Origin: Octopus bimaculoides
Lineage: Eukaryota
Assembly (NCBI RefSeq): GCF_001194135.2
Contig: NC_069002.1
Location: 13,639,580-13,703,579, forward strand
DNA length: 64,000 nucleotides
Direction of reading: 5' to 3'
A model generated the notes under the pieces. It saw nothing but the letters and a program-made list of their open reading frames with translations, searched no databases and had not been told where the DNA came from. Position 1 is the first letter of the stretch, and every line of letters begins with the position of its first letter. Position numbers and translations under genes: made by a program. Below, in pieces: positions 46,700-58,730 of this stretch.

Positions 46700-47470
46700 T
46701 TTAATGGCAGAATATGCTCATACTACAAATGCTTTACAGTGTCTTGTCCAGCATTGAGCCTAATAATTTTTTTCTATATGACCTTGTTCTAGACATTCGA
46801 ATTTGTAAATAGTCAGGTGGTTATATACAAGTGAAGTTTGGAATGCCTGATGCCATCCTTTATTGGTTTTTGGGAGATTTCTTTCAATATGATCATATAG
46901 ATTCCATAGCTCTGGCTTGAAATGAGGATCTCGTCTGCGGTGAAATGGGAGTCCTATATATGTATCTTCAAAATAGTTAACAAGGTCATCTAAATCATCC
47001 GGCATTTCATTGTGCAATTTTTCAAAGCAAAAGTAATGCTCATAAGTTCTTGATAGCTGCAGAGTTTTCATTCAGGAACTATGCTATTCGAGCTTTCTAT
47101 TCGAACTTTACCCAAGAGTGACCTTAAAAGAACCAGTCCCTTCGCTTTGGGGAGATGCAAATTGAACAATTTTTTTTAACAAAAGTGACTTCATAAAACG
47201 GTTATAAAGAGCTTATTATTTGAGTTTATCCAACTCAAGTTTGTTGTCCTAAGCTTAGGATTAGATTGAAGTTTGAGTAACGGTGGGCTCTACTGGACGA
47301 GTTAGATAAGATAGACATGTATTCCCTTATGGCTTTGTTTTCAAGGATTGAGCACCAATTTCAAGAAACTAGCTTCGAATTGATTTGTGGTCATGGAATA
47401 TTCTTTCGAGGATGAAGACTCCTACTTTCTACTGTTTGCAACACTTCAGCGCAAGCCTGTTGACCGTTTC
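46700..47470 (-). mobile_element. Mutator-like (MULE) transposase remnant
   Basis: LVNYFEDTYIG...PHFKPELWN.Y...LPKTNKGWH..F......H.TIYKF is the typical MULE C-terminus; a GSFKV motif lies upstream at about 47140. Confidence 0.82.
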
Positions 47471-47612
47471 CTGCGTTTTAGCTTATCTTACAAAGTCCCT
47501 TTGAAAAATTCAAATTTGATTGCAAAGAATTCAAATTTAATGGCAAAGAATCCAAACTAGATCGTAAACATCTATAAATGATATAAATAATTATTTATAA
47601 TGATATAAATAT

Positions 47613-48053
47613 TATAGTTAATATAGGACTGCTATGACTCCTCTGGAGGGAATATGTAAATAAAGAAGAAGAGTTCCATAATTAAATTTGCTGAACAATA
47701 TTTCGGTATCTCGCGTACCTTCAACAGGTTCGAAATTTGATTTGTCAGTCTACTTCATTTTTTTTTTATAGTTAATATAGGACTGCTATGAGTCCTCTGG
47801 AGGGAATATGTAAATAAAGAAGAGTTCCAGAATTAAATTTGCTGAACAATATTTCGGTATCTCGCGTACCTTCAACAGGTTCGAAATTTGATTTGTCAGT
47901 CTACTTCATTTTTTTTTTTATAGTTAATATAGGACTGCTATGAGTCCTCTGGAGGGAATATGTAAATAAAGAAGAGTTCCATAATTAAATTTGCTGAACA
48001 ATATTTCGGTATCTCGCATACCTTCAACAGGTTCGAAATTTGATATGTCAGTC
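47613..48053. repeat. Tandem repeat, 3 copies of a 152-154 bp unit
   Basis: Unit TATAGTTAATATAGGACTGCTATGA...GTCAGTCT starts at 47613, 47767 and 47919; copies are nearly identical. Confidence 0.93.
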
Positions 48054-48761
48054 TGGTATAAATATTAATAATTATATTACATGTGCTGAACTGTTGGTAC
48101 TCTGGCTGTTGCAAACACCTTTTCAATTCTGAGTTCAAATCCCAGACATGGATTTTACTTTTTGTCCTGAGACAATAAAATAAAGTACTATTGAAGTACT
48201 GAGGTCAACAATATCAATTGTTATATTATACCTTTAAGTAAGATTTCATAGTTTTTGTGAGATTTCCTAAAAGTTAATGAACTTTCTGGAACTGTAAACA
48301 GTTGTAAATTTGATAGTAATATTCTTTAATACATCAATAATTTATTAAATTCTTTCACAATGGGAATTATTGAACCTTGATCAATGAAAACCTTGCTACA
48401 ATTATTTAGTGCTGCTATTGTTGGAGTATTTAAAAATCCATTTAAGTGCTACATTTTCTCTGCCAAATCCAATCCACAATCAATCATCTGATCACTATTA
48501 TGGATTAAGCACTATCACAAGTCTTTAATCCTTGGTAGGATTAACTGTATAGATCTTTTTCACATTTAAATTTCTATTGTTTCACACTTCCTCTGGTACA
48601 CAACTTGTCCATTATTTTTCTGGTGAACATTCTGGAAGGTATCCAGCCATAAAACGTCAACACACCAATTTAGACAGGTTCCACTACTAAGGTGTTTCCC
48701 TCCAGCATTATTGTATCATCTTATGTGACAGTAAATATTTTTATTATTATTACTATTATAA

Positions 48762-48980
48762 AGGTGGTGAGCTGGCAGAATCGTTAGCACGCCAGGCGAA
48801 ATGCTTGGTGGTATTTCGTCTGCCTTGATGATCTGAGTTCAAATTCTGCCGAAGTTGACTTTGCCTTTCATCCTTTTGGGATCAACGAATTAAGTATCAG
48901 TGAAACACTGGGGTTGATGTAATCAACTATCCCTCCTCCTCTCAAATTTCGGGCCTTGTGCCTATAGTAGAAAGGATTAT
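48762..48980 (+). mobile_element. SINE family A (variant tail)
   Basis: GGTGGTGAGCTGGCAGAATCGTTAGC head, GAGTTCAAATTC box. Confidence 0.82.
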
Positions 48981-49149
48981 TGTTACTATAACATTTTATA
49001 ATGCATTTGCAATTGTGTAAATCACATTTGTCATCTGTAGCCTGCATGGTTGAGCTTTGTTAGCTGAAGTGGGTGATGGTGTTGGATTTTAATTTTTTTG
49101 TTTTTGTCGTATTTCTTTCTTTAGGTGTCGTATCCAGAACGTAGGACAC

Positions 49150-51870
49150 AGGCAATCATGTCCTGCCACAATCCTGTTCTTTGTTCTTTGTAGCAGTTTC
49201 ATTTTCTGATCTTTTTTTTAATGCCTCTTTCATCCTTCCACTTCATGTAGGTTTGATTCCTGAAGTGGGGCAGCATGTTGTGACTTGCCACCTGCAGAGG
49301 AAATCAAATTCCTTCTTGTCAAAGGTTGCTATGACCCTTGACAAAACATTGTTCTATTACCTCCGCAGCCACCTGCGGAGGCCACATTAGACTGCCTGTG
49401 CAGTCTCAGTACCTATGGTCTCGGTCGCCCGGGCCATCCAAAAGATTCTCCCACAGGCCCTCCCTCGTGATAAAGGACAAACTCCTCCTCCTCCTCATGG
49501 GAAGGGGCCTTAAGCTGCTCCATCAGTGGCACACTTCCCACTGACGGAGCCTTTTCTGCTGGTGGCACCATTGTTGCTCACCTTTCTTTTTCTTTTCATG
49601 GAGCCAACTTCCTCAACGACTTCCACCGCCCCCCCCCAATGGGGGTGGGGGTGGGGGCACCTTTATGATTTATCACATGAGGTGGAGGTTAACATGGACA
49701 GACCTTTTGGGGATGGCACATGTTGCATCAATGACAAGCATCAATCTCTTGATACCTTGGTCAAAATCTTGAATTCTGCATTTAGCAGTTACAGGCCTAA
49801 AATTATCCATTGTGGCCTGTCAACAGTAGCAGTATGCTGTGTTTTCCAGGTTTGGGAATTCTTCCATTCCTCTGCCATTTGAATAGACATTTGTCAAGTG
49901 GTCACCAAACAAATATGGCATATGAAAGTAAAATTTGTAGAGCATATCATCCAACACTGATTTCTTCCCCATAGAACCAGCCAACGCTTCCTATATTATG
50001 TTTTGCCAACAATGCAATCTTCATACTTCATGTTCAACTGGCCAAGGGACAATTTCATCATGAGCACACTGGTTGTAAAGCCATTCTTCAATGCCTTTTC
50101 TGGATTACTAATTAGCTCTCCCTCAGTGATAGAGAAGTCTAAAACAAGTTCCTTACTAAACCTTAGTGACCCCATTCTAATAGCCCTTTTCAGGGTGAAC
50201 CACCATTAGTTGTTGATTGCCCTGATCAACTTGCAGTGCTATTTTGTGATTCTGGTATCTCTCTTAGCTTAGCACACTGAGAAAGACTTGTTCAGTTTCC
50301 ACTACCTGGATCCATTCCTATGAAGTCTAAATTGACTACAGATCACAAGCTTGTGGTCTGTGTAGCAAACCAGTTTGAAATGTGGACTTATGCTATCCTA
50401 TCAACTGGTGTACAAAATATTCTGTTTAGATGACCTAATACTCTTTTCCCATGTCCACACTGGCACATCTGAGAAATCCAGACATTATCTGTCAACTAGT
50501 TGGAAACGACTGAGCAGGTTTGCAAGGCTCTTGCACCAAATTTTATCGGCTAATCTCTCACAAATCTAAATGTGCATTCAAGATGGCATTCCAGCTACCT
50601 ACTTGTACTAATGGGCAGCAAGTTACCAAGATAATCTCCAGACGCCTGAAGCAATCTAACCATTCCTACCCAATAAGGGATATATGATGACTAGTCTGAA
50701 GACACCGTCTTCACTACTGTTTACATTCAGGACCACCAACTTGTCTGGGTCCAGAAAGATTGAGTGTATTTCAAGGCCCAGGCCTTTCTGAAATATCACC
50801 ACCTTGCACCCCCAACCAAGTGATGCAAAAATCTGTTACCAAAAGTGGTTGCTAAGGTGCATGACAAATCATGGTCTTGCTGATGGTCACATGATCCCAG
50901 GCCACATGTAATTTACACACCCCACTTTTCAAGATACTATGTTGGTAGAAAAAGAAATGGGTTATTTACCCATCTGATGGTTTGGGAGATTTGTGACTTG
51001 GTCTTCATGAAATATAGGGGTTCCTTGAAGTCTTTTAGGAGCCTATTGCTGGCCCTTGTGCTCAGACTTCCTATGTCATTTGGAAAATTCTCCTTCAATA
51101 GTTTGTCCCCAAAGCCAGTATAATTTCAAATTGTTTGATACATTGAAAGTGCTAGACTTCTCTATTTCAATGTTTTGCTTTTGTGCAATAAGGACATCAG
51201 TCTTTGTTTCATATCATCACAAAGTTTGAAGTGTTTTTGTTTGTGTAGCAGTTTTCTGTACATTTTTCTTTAAGGTTAATGTTTGTGTTCAGCATGGGTA
51301 CGGTTTTGCTGCTGCTGTAGTTCAGAGCAAGGGTAGCTTTAAAATTTTTGTTGTGCAGTTGTCCCTCTTTGCAATATATTTTCAGAATGGAAAGATGTGC
51401 TGTGGGAGGGAGTGTTTTGCATGTGTATGTGTGTTTGAAAACTTTGCAGTGAGGGAGCGTAGACGGAGTTTCATTGGATATTTTCTTGGGTAGTTGAGGT
51501 TTGTTCTGTTACCGGTCTCGCTGCTGCCATTCCTTCTAAGTGCAGATGTTACTGCTGTTGCTGTCATTGGGGCTGCAACATCATCAGTGGCAGGTGAATG
51601 GGAGGGACTCCTCTCTCTCCCACTTCTTGTGGAGGCCAGAAAAGTGGCTTACTGTAACACATAAATTTCTTGTCTCTCTGCTCTCAGCCACAACATGCAC
51701 ATCAACTACACTGGGCAAATGGATTAGATCTGGGATCTTTTTCCCCCTCCTCTGGTCAAGATCTCCACATGTTGGACCACATCCCTTCCACTCTGTTTTG
51801 CTTCTTTTACTGTATCCTTTCCGTGTAATCCTTTAGCCTTCAGATTACTGTCTTATATAAAGCTTTTTTC
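49150..51870 (-). mobile_element. Decayed L1/Tx1-like LINE (ORF1 and AP-endonuclease region)
   Basis: Minus strand gives VGSWNAI (about 50600), YTDHKLVI (about 50355) and GSR*WKLNKSF (about 50300), matching the GDWN, SDH and YWKLN motifs; outer limits are approximate. Confidence 0.68.
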
Positions 51871-52124
51871 ATTGTTTTGTATTCATTGTTCATTATTTTG
51901 TAGCTTTGAGATTACAAAGCAATTGTTTTTTAGAATGACATTGTAGGTTCGGTGTGAGAGGTCAGATATAGCCAGTTTGAAGATTTAAGTATATTTAGGC
52001 TGGATTTGATTAGTTTAAATGCTAAATGGTTGAAGTGCTCATAATTTAATTGTATTATTAGATTTATAATGGAATGGAAGGTTTATGATACCCGTGGAGT
52101 ATCTCCTCCCACTATAATTATTTT

Positions 52125-52539
52125 TGTAGTTTCAAGGATCTGGAACACTAAGTTCACAAGTAGAGCACAATTTAATAGCCGTTTATTTAGAGTTCTCGTT
52201 CAGGTGGTTCACTCTCAGTAACCATCTTTATCGCAGCACGTGGTTTGTCTTAACTCTGTGCACGTGAGGTTCATTACCTCTGGAGATAAGCATGTGGAGT
52301 CGGAGCAGGACAAGAGTCTGCTGTGAGCTGCTGGCTTCACAGTGTTTCTCAGTGTTGAGTGTGAGAGAGAGAGAATATCATTGTTCTCTTGTTTAAATAC
52401 TGGTTGCCAGCGAGAGTCTCGTTGTCGTCTCGCACATGGCAAATGGTTGTAGGCAACATCTCTTTCTTGTCTCGCATATGGCAATGGCTACTGGCGAGAT
52501 CTCGTTCAAAATGACGCTGGCTTCTTGTGCCTCACTACA
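52125..52539 (-). mobile_element. Solo LTR (415 bp)
   Basis: Termini TGTAGT...ACTACA; on minus, TATTTAAA then later AATAAA; no matching TSD seen. Confidence 0.72.
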
Positions 52540-53142
52540 GATTCGTCATTTTTTTTTTTTGTTGACATCTTTTGGGTATTCATTTTGAAGGAAAATATAA
52601 AAATTGAAGTTGAAATATAGTGCTGCATATTTCACACATTCTCTTACTGGTTTAGTAAAATTTTAACAGTCTGAGAATGAAAGCAGAAAATAATTTTTAA
52701 AACAGCACATTTACATAACAGGCAACCATAATGTAAAATAACTTAGACTTCATGTTCATTCCAGTCGTGATGTTAATTATCTTACCAAACAATAGAATTG
52801 GTATTTTCTCAGTGGAAAATAGTTTCAAATATGACATTCCTCACCAAAAGAAAGATTGGTACATAAAACTATTTTCATCAGTTAAAGGCAATATAATTTT
52901 GAGAGGATATCTGATTTCCATAGTGAAAGGGTTTTAAGCAAATAGCATTAACAGCAATGTTTTCAATTGAAGTAGAAGGATAATAATTATGGAAGAGGAA
53001 GGAGTTAGTTGATACAACCAGCCCTGTTATTTGACTGCTTTTCATCCCTTTAGGGTCAAGAAAGCAAAGTTGATCTTGGCAGAATTTGAACTTGGAACCT
53101 AAAGGGCAAGATGAAACACTGCTTGGTGTTTTCTCCATGACT

Positions 53143-53400
53143 CTAATTATACCACTTTCCTCTCCTTTTCTTGATTTGTTTAATCCCATCCTTTATAAAG
53201 GAAAGGATATGATAATTTACTGGTTTCACTAATCGTGACCTGGAAATTGAAAATATTGCGAGGGTGGATAGTCTCTTGACTGTTGTTCTGAGATCTTGAA
53301 GTTGAAGGTCCCGAGTATTTGGATCAGACACAATTGTGCAAATCCTTTTCACTAAATTAAAAGGAATGTTTCTTTTGTGTTTTGGTGGCATGAACTAAAC
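53143..53400 (-). mobile_element. Second Penelope-like fragment (post-RT thumb/linker region)
   Basis: PKHKRNIPFNLVKRICTIVSD...RDLQLQDLR resembles the region of Penelope RTs C-terminal to the catalytic core. Confidence 0.7.
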
Positions 53401-53559
53401 AGAAAATATTGCTTGGTCCATTGGTTTATAATAGTGGTTTTTATGTGGAATCAGTGACCTTCATGGGCAAGCATTACCAAGCTGGTTTTAGAATATCAAT
53501 TCTGTTGTGGTGGATGGGTCATCTTAAGTACAGCAATGTGCCATATACCTCAGTCATTT

Positions 53560-54240
53560 GTCATTTCCTTTTAAGGCATCTTGAGATAAGCCTTCAATAC
53601 TTCGTCCCATGTCTTTCTAGATCTCCCTCTTTTACATGTTCCATCCACCTGAAGTGATGGGCAATTTTGTATGCGACTGTCTACATCCATATGCATCACA
53701 TGACCAAACCAGTGCAGTCTTTCTTGCACACTACATCTAATTCCTCATTATGCTTAACTTTCTCAATGCACTAGCTTCCAATCTTAAATTCTCATGAGCT
53801 TCCAGTAATAAATTCCTATCATGGCATGGAGGACAATCGTGAATAAGAGGTGTCTGAGCCTTAGCAAACACCTACCTGAACACTAAATTTGTCACTGTAA
53901 GGTAGTTATGAGTGTTACAAACACCACCCCTGCCATTCGTCTACCCTTAGCTTCCTTGAAATCTATCGTATTACAGAGCAAGGTACTCTGTAGAAGGCTT
54001 TCTTTAGATCAACAAACACCAAGTACAACAGCTTATTCTTAGCTAAATACTTGCAGTTGTCTATGAAAATAGCCTTAGTAGTAATTCTCCCTGGGACAAA
54101 ACCAAACTACATTTCATCTAGTCTAATTCTATTCCTAATTAATTAGACTACAATTCTCTGCAACTTTCATCACCTGGTCTAGTAATTTAATGCCTCTATA
54201 ATTACTTCAATCTCAGGCATCTCCTTTACTCTTGTAGCAG
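53560..54240 (-). mobile_element. RTE-clade LINE ORF2 remnant; related fragments at about 5190-5530, 38240-38410, 63270-63560
   Basis: YLAKNKLLYLVFVDL (about 54020), QERLHWFGHVMHM...GTCKRGRSRKTWDEV (about 53600-53740); ISKTILQVRVEGGRKQSRTRRRW at about 38340-38409. Confidence 0.78.
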
Positions 54241-55506
54241 CTGGCTATGATGCTGCATAAAAAAGCACTGGTGATGGTGTCGTGTAAAAAAAAGGCACTG
54301 GAACTATATTAAAAGCACCCAGTACACTCTGTAAAGTGGTTGACATTAGAAAGGGCATCCAGCTGTAGAAACCAAGCCAAGACATCCTGTTGAACCTTGT
54401 GTGGCACCTGGCTGTGCCAGCTCTTGTCAAACTGTTCAACCTATGCCAGTATGGAAAACATTAAATTATAATATAATGATCCAGTCTATATTCCTTGTAT
54501 TTATTGGGTATGCTCTGTCACTACCATCTTTATCTCCCTTCCAGCTACCCCCATCCACTCCCTATATAGTGTAGGGTAGTTCCATAACTTCTCTATAACA
54601 AGACCCCTTTGCATTTCCCTACATCTTATTTTAGCTTTCACCACCTCACATAAAGCTCTCTCCCTCTCTCAAATATGTTCCACAATATATACTGTAAAGT
54701 GATTGGCATTATTAGGGAGGGCATCCAACCATAGAAGCCTTGCCAAAGCAGACGTTGAGGCCTGACACAGCTTTGCAGCTCATCAGACTGTTGAACCCAT
54801 GCTGGCATAGAAAATGGATGTTAAATGATATATAACCGTTTTTTTATCTTTAGGGAACAAATCCCAATAACTGACAGTTTTAGCTTTAAAATTTAAGTGC
54901 TGAAATTATTAATCAATTTTGGGTGATCTGTTCCTTTTATTTCTGTGAAGAAACTATTTTCTAAAGAGTAATTTTATTAGTAAAAATCATGAAGTACAAT
55001 TTTAGATTTGAAACAGTTATTTTGTAGTAATGAAGAAAAATTCTCCTCTGTATTGTAGAGAAAACTTTATATTTTACATAAACTGATTTTAACTTCAGAG
55101 GATTAATTATGCCCAATTTACTCAGTCTCTTTATTGTAAAAGATAAAATGTAGACTACATACTGTTATCTCACTTCCATACTGCAGAAGGCATCCCTGAC
55201 TTTCATCACCACCAATGGTGCTCTGTTTCCAGCACTTCGCTATTTTGTTGTAATGTTTTCTGTTGAAATATTTTAAATCTATACTCATTTATTTAAATAT
55301 CAATTTTATAACTGTGTTCTTATCCAATAAACCCCATTTTTTTTTCTTTTTTGTGATAAATGTTGGTAGTTACATTGCAAAATAAATTTGCAATTACCAA
55401 TATATTTATTAGTTTTGTGTAATATCCTCTGTTACCAAATTTGTTTCTATTGATAGGTGGTTTTATAGTAACGAGAAACCAATTTAGTAGGAGTGCACAA
55501 AACTTT

Positions 55507-56330
55507 GAGGAGCGTTCAAAAAGTATCCAATTTTTTTTCTCACCAAAACTTAAGCTGCTTGGCAAAATTCTTTGGGTGGGAGGTGACACCACCCTTCCTG
55601 CACATGTGTGAAAACTTCTGCACCAGTAAGCAGCATCAGTTCCTGGCTGTTAGACCTTAGAGTATAGAATGTAGTGCATGCTTGTTGGATTCTTGTTTGC
55701 ATGTAACATGACCCAATGCATCAAGCAGATATTGCACAGTCTTGCCAAAAGCTTGATGATATTGAAGCTTAAACTATCCAAAAGATTCAGCAGGCCTTTG
55801 GTGATGATGCCATGGGAAAAATTCAAATCAAAGACTGTTTCAAACATGTCCACACCTGAGTGGAGCACAAGGCAAGCTTGGGCAGACCATCCACAAGCTG
55901 AAACAGAGCCAGTTGAGAAAGTTCAGCAGTTATGCAAGTCGGTCGTGTAACAATTATTCAGGAAATTTCTAAGTGGAAATAAGCACAGGATCAGTGCATT
56001 CCATTTTAATGGATTTGTGCATGTTGAGAGTGTTGGTGAAAAAAATAGTCAGTTTTTGAACTTCATAATCCAAGCTTTCCTGGTCAAGAACAACATGCCA
56101 TTTGTTCGACAGGCTCCTACTCTCCTGCCAGAAGTCAGTGCAACTTCTGGTTCTTTCCCAAAGTGAAAACCATGCTGAAAGGGAAATAAGTTGAGTCATG
56201 AGAGGAAATTATGAGAAAAGCAAAGCAACAATGGACTACTTTAGATTTCCAGAGCGTTAGTGATTAAAGAATGCTCAATCCAAAACATTGATGGTTCGTA
56301 GAGCTGTTTGACCTTCCTAACATTTATATT
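55507..56330 (+). mobile_element. Internally deleted mariner transposon remnant
   Basis: Left TIR-like GAGGAGCGTTCAAAAAGT; IQQAFGDDAMGKIQIKDCFK, ISTGSVHSIL, APYSP..S.C.FW.FPK.K..LKG in broken frames. Confidence 0.8.
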
Positions 56331-58278
56331 GCAAGTTATTTTGTAAGAATTTAAAAAAGTTTTATTTGAATGTGAATTTCATATGAATATAAAACTTTGA
56401 TTAAATGAATCTCCAACTTTTATGCAATTTTGTATAAAAAAAATAAACATGCTTTTTCAAACATTGAGTTTGAATTTTCCAGCTAATTATTATAGTTATT
56501 GATGGTTATTCTGTTAACCCTTTAAATACTAAACCCTCCCGAGATTACCTTTGTGCTCAAATTGAAATTAATATCTTTCACAAGCATTATAACATATAGC
56601 ATTGAGATTTTGCCACTGTGTGGGACTGTGTACAGGTGTCTTCTATATAAGTCTGGACTGACTGGTGCCTTGTAAGTGAAATTGGTACAGAGGCTTGTGT
56701 GTGTCTATATAACATTTATTTTTAATGGTTGAATGTGAAGTAAAGCTAACAATAACAGCATTGGGTTAACACACCTGGAATAGAAAGTCAAAAACCTATT
56801 TCTACTCACCTTGACACCTCATCACCACTTATCTATTTTCAGCCCCACCCTGGTCATTCCCACCCTCTCTTTTATAACTTTTATGAGTAGTCATACAGCT
56901 CCTTTGCAGCAAGAAACCTGTTCTGTCCTTGTTCCTCTTAACCTCATCTCGTAGCATAGCCACTTTTCCCAACTCCATTCAGTTGAAGGGTTCTTAGTCT
57001 TGTGGGTTTTCACCTTGCCAGTGATAGCACCATGAAAGAAAACTAGCACCCAATACATGCAGTAAAGTGATAAGTGAATCAAACAGTAGTAAAAACCATG
57101 CCAAAACAGATATTGGAACACAATACAATATTTGAACCCATCAGATACTGTGTGCGTGCATGATTGACTGAGGGATTATTTCTATTTGCTGATCGTCAAT
57201 GAAAAACTTGCTGTTCAAACATTTGACTGCAATCCTCTGCAAAAAGCCTGTCTTGGTTTCTTGTGGTGTGATAGACTGGGGGATTGACATTACTTGGAAA
57301 TAGGTGAGGGTTGGTGTCAGGAAAGGCATCCAGCCAAAAAAAAAAAAAAAATTCTTCATTGATGTTTGATTCATGCATGTGTATCTGAATACAATGACGA
57401 TTCTCTCATAAATATAACTAGAACTACAAAATATGTTCTGCATCTGTCTTGAATCACAGAAGCTTTTTATTTACACTTTTTAAGAAAAATAAATTTATCA
57501 AAATAAAAATTTTGAATATATATCATAATTTAAAATTTAGTCAAATTCATTAAAAAATATTGCCAGATGAATTAGAAAAGTGAAGATTAAAGGGTTTTTG
57601 GTAGAGAACTACAATAAAATATCTTTGTATTTTATAGTGTGGGATGATGATGAAAATTGTCAGATGACTCCATTTATTTGGTTATTTAGTGATTCTGAAG
57701 ATATAATTTGGTAAATTTTCTTCAAATATTTCTTTTGATTGCCCCCTTTCAAGAGCAATAATACATTATGGAGAGGATCTTAAAATCAGTTACTATATTT
57801 TACTCGTGTATAATGCAAGGATTTTAAAACATTTTGTCACAATTGGGGACAGTGGCAGACAGCATTGTATCCTCAAAATCAGAACAGTGAACACAACAAA
57901 CCTGTGAAAGTGGTAACACCTGACTGTGGCCATCTTGGACACATGGTAATTAATTCTTTTAGTATTTTGAAAGTGATTAATTTAGAAATTATGACAGTTA
58001 CTGATGATCTGTTAAATGTTGAAAAATGGTGGTGGAAAGATATTATGTTGCCTTAAAAAATAAATAACTATAGCTGCTACTTAGGAGTTGGCATTTTGTA
58101 AGACAATGTTACCAATTTTTTTTAGTTTTTAACTACAAAAACATGGGGTGTCAAGCACAATTTGAAGCTGCACTTGTACTCCAGTTGATATGGCAGTAGC
58201 AACATTTTTGTGTGTAGGATTTTGTTTAATTTAGTTTGATTCATGGAGTAGTTTTATACCATTTGGAAAAGGAATTGT

Positions 58279-58315
<37 letters not shown>

Positions 58316-58564
58316 GAGCATTGTATAAAAGATTTTTTAAAAAGCGCCAAAATGTCTCGAGATACTTTCTAAACTAGCCTGGCAGTTAAGATAAAGTATC
58401 TGTATAACTGAGATAACAAAGCTGTCAGAATACAAAAGAATGAACAAATTGCCTAAATCCAGAATTTTTTTTAGCAGATTTTTCTACCATTTACTACTCC
58501 TTCATGTTTAGTACAAGTCTTGGATTATTCTTCAGTTATCTTGTTTTAATTATCAGAACCTGGT

Positions 58565-58730
58565 TCAAATGGAGACGGTAATAGACTGGTTATCAATCGT
58601 GGACACATTAGCACTGACATTCTGCGTACTCGTTGAAGCAACTGCTGGTGGTGGTATGTGTTTACCAATTATGTTGACGGATGAAAGTCTCCCACGTTTG
58701 TACATACTAACAGCATTCACTGCAAGAATC
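58565..58730 (-). CDS. MARCH-like gene terminal exon (ILAVNAVSMYKRGRL...SITVSI*)
   Basis: Long T tract then cag acceptor; 1-nt phase completes AAG; 54 codons to TGA at 58567-58565. Confidence 0.82.

Noticed and set aside
47613-48053. Tandem array as a CRISPR-like locus
   Set aside because: The units repeat in full with no unique spacers, in a eukaryotic context with no cas genes.
57638-57950. Plus-strand exon-like pieces (WDDDENCQMTPFIWLFSDSEDII; WQTALYPQ...)
   Set aside because: They cannot be joined without stops and lie antisense to the probable MARCH-like 3' UTR.
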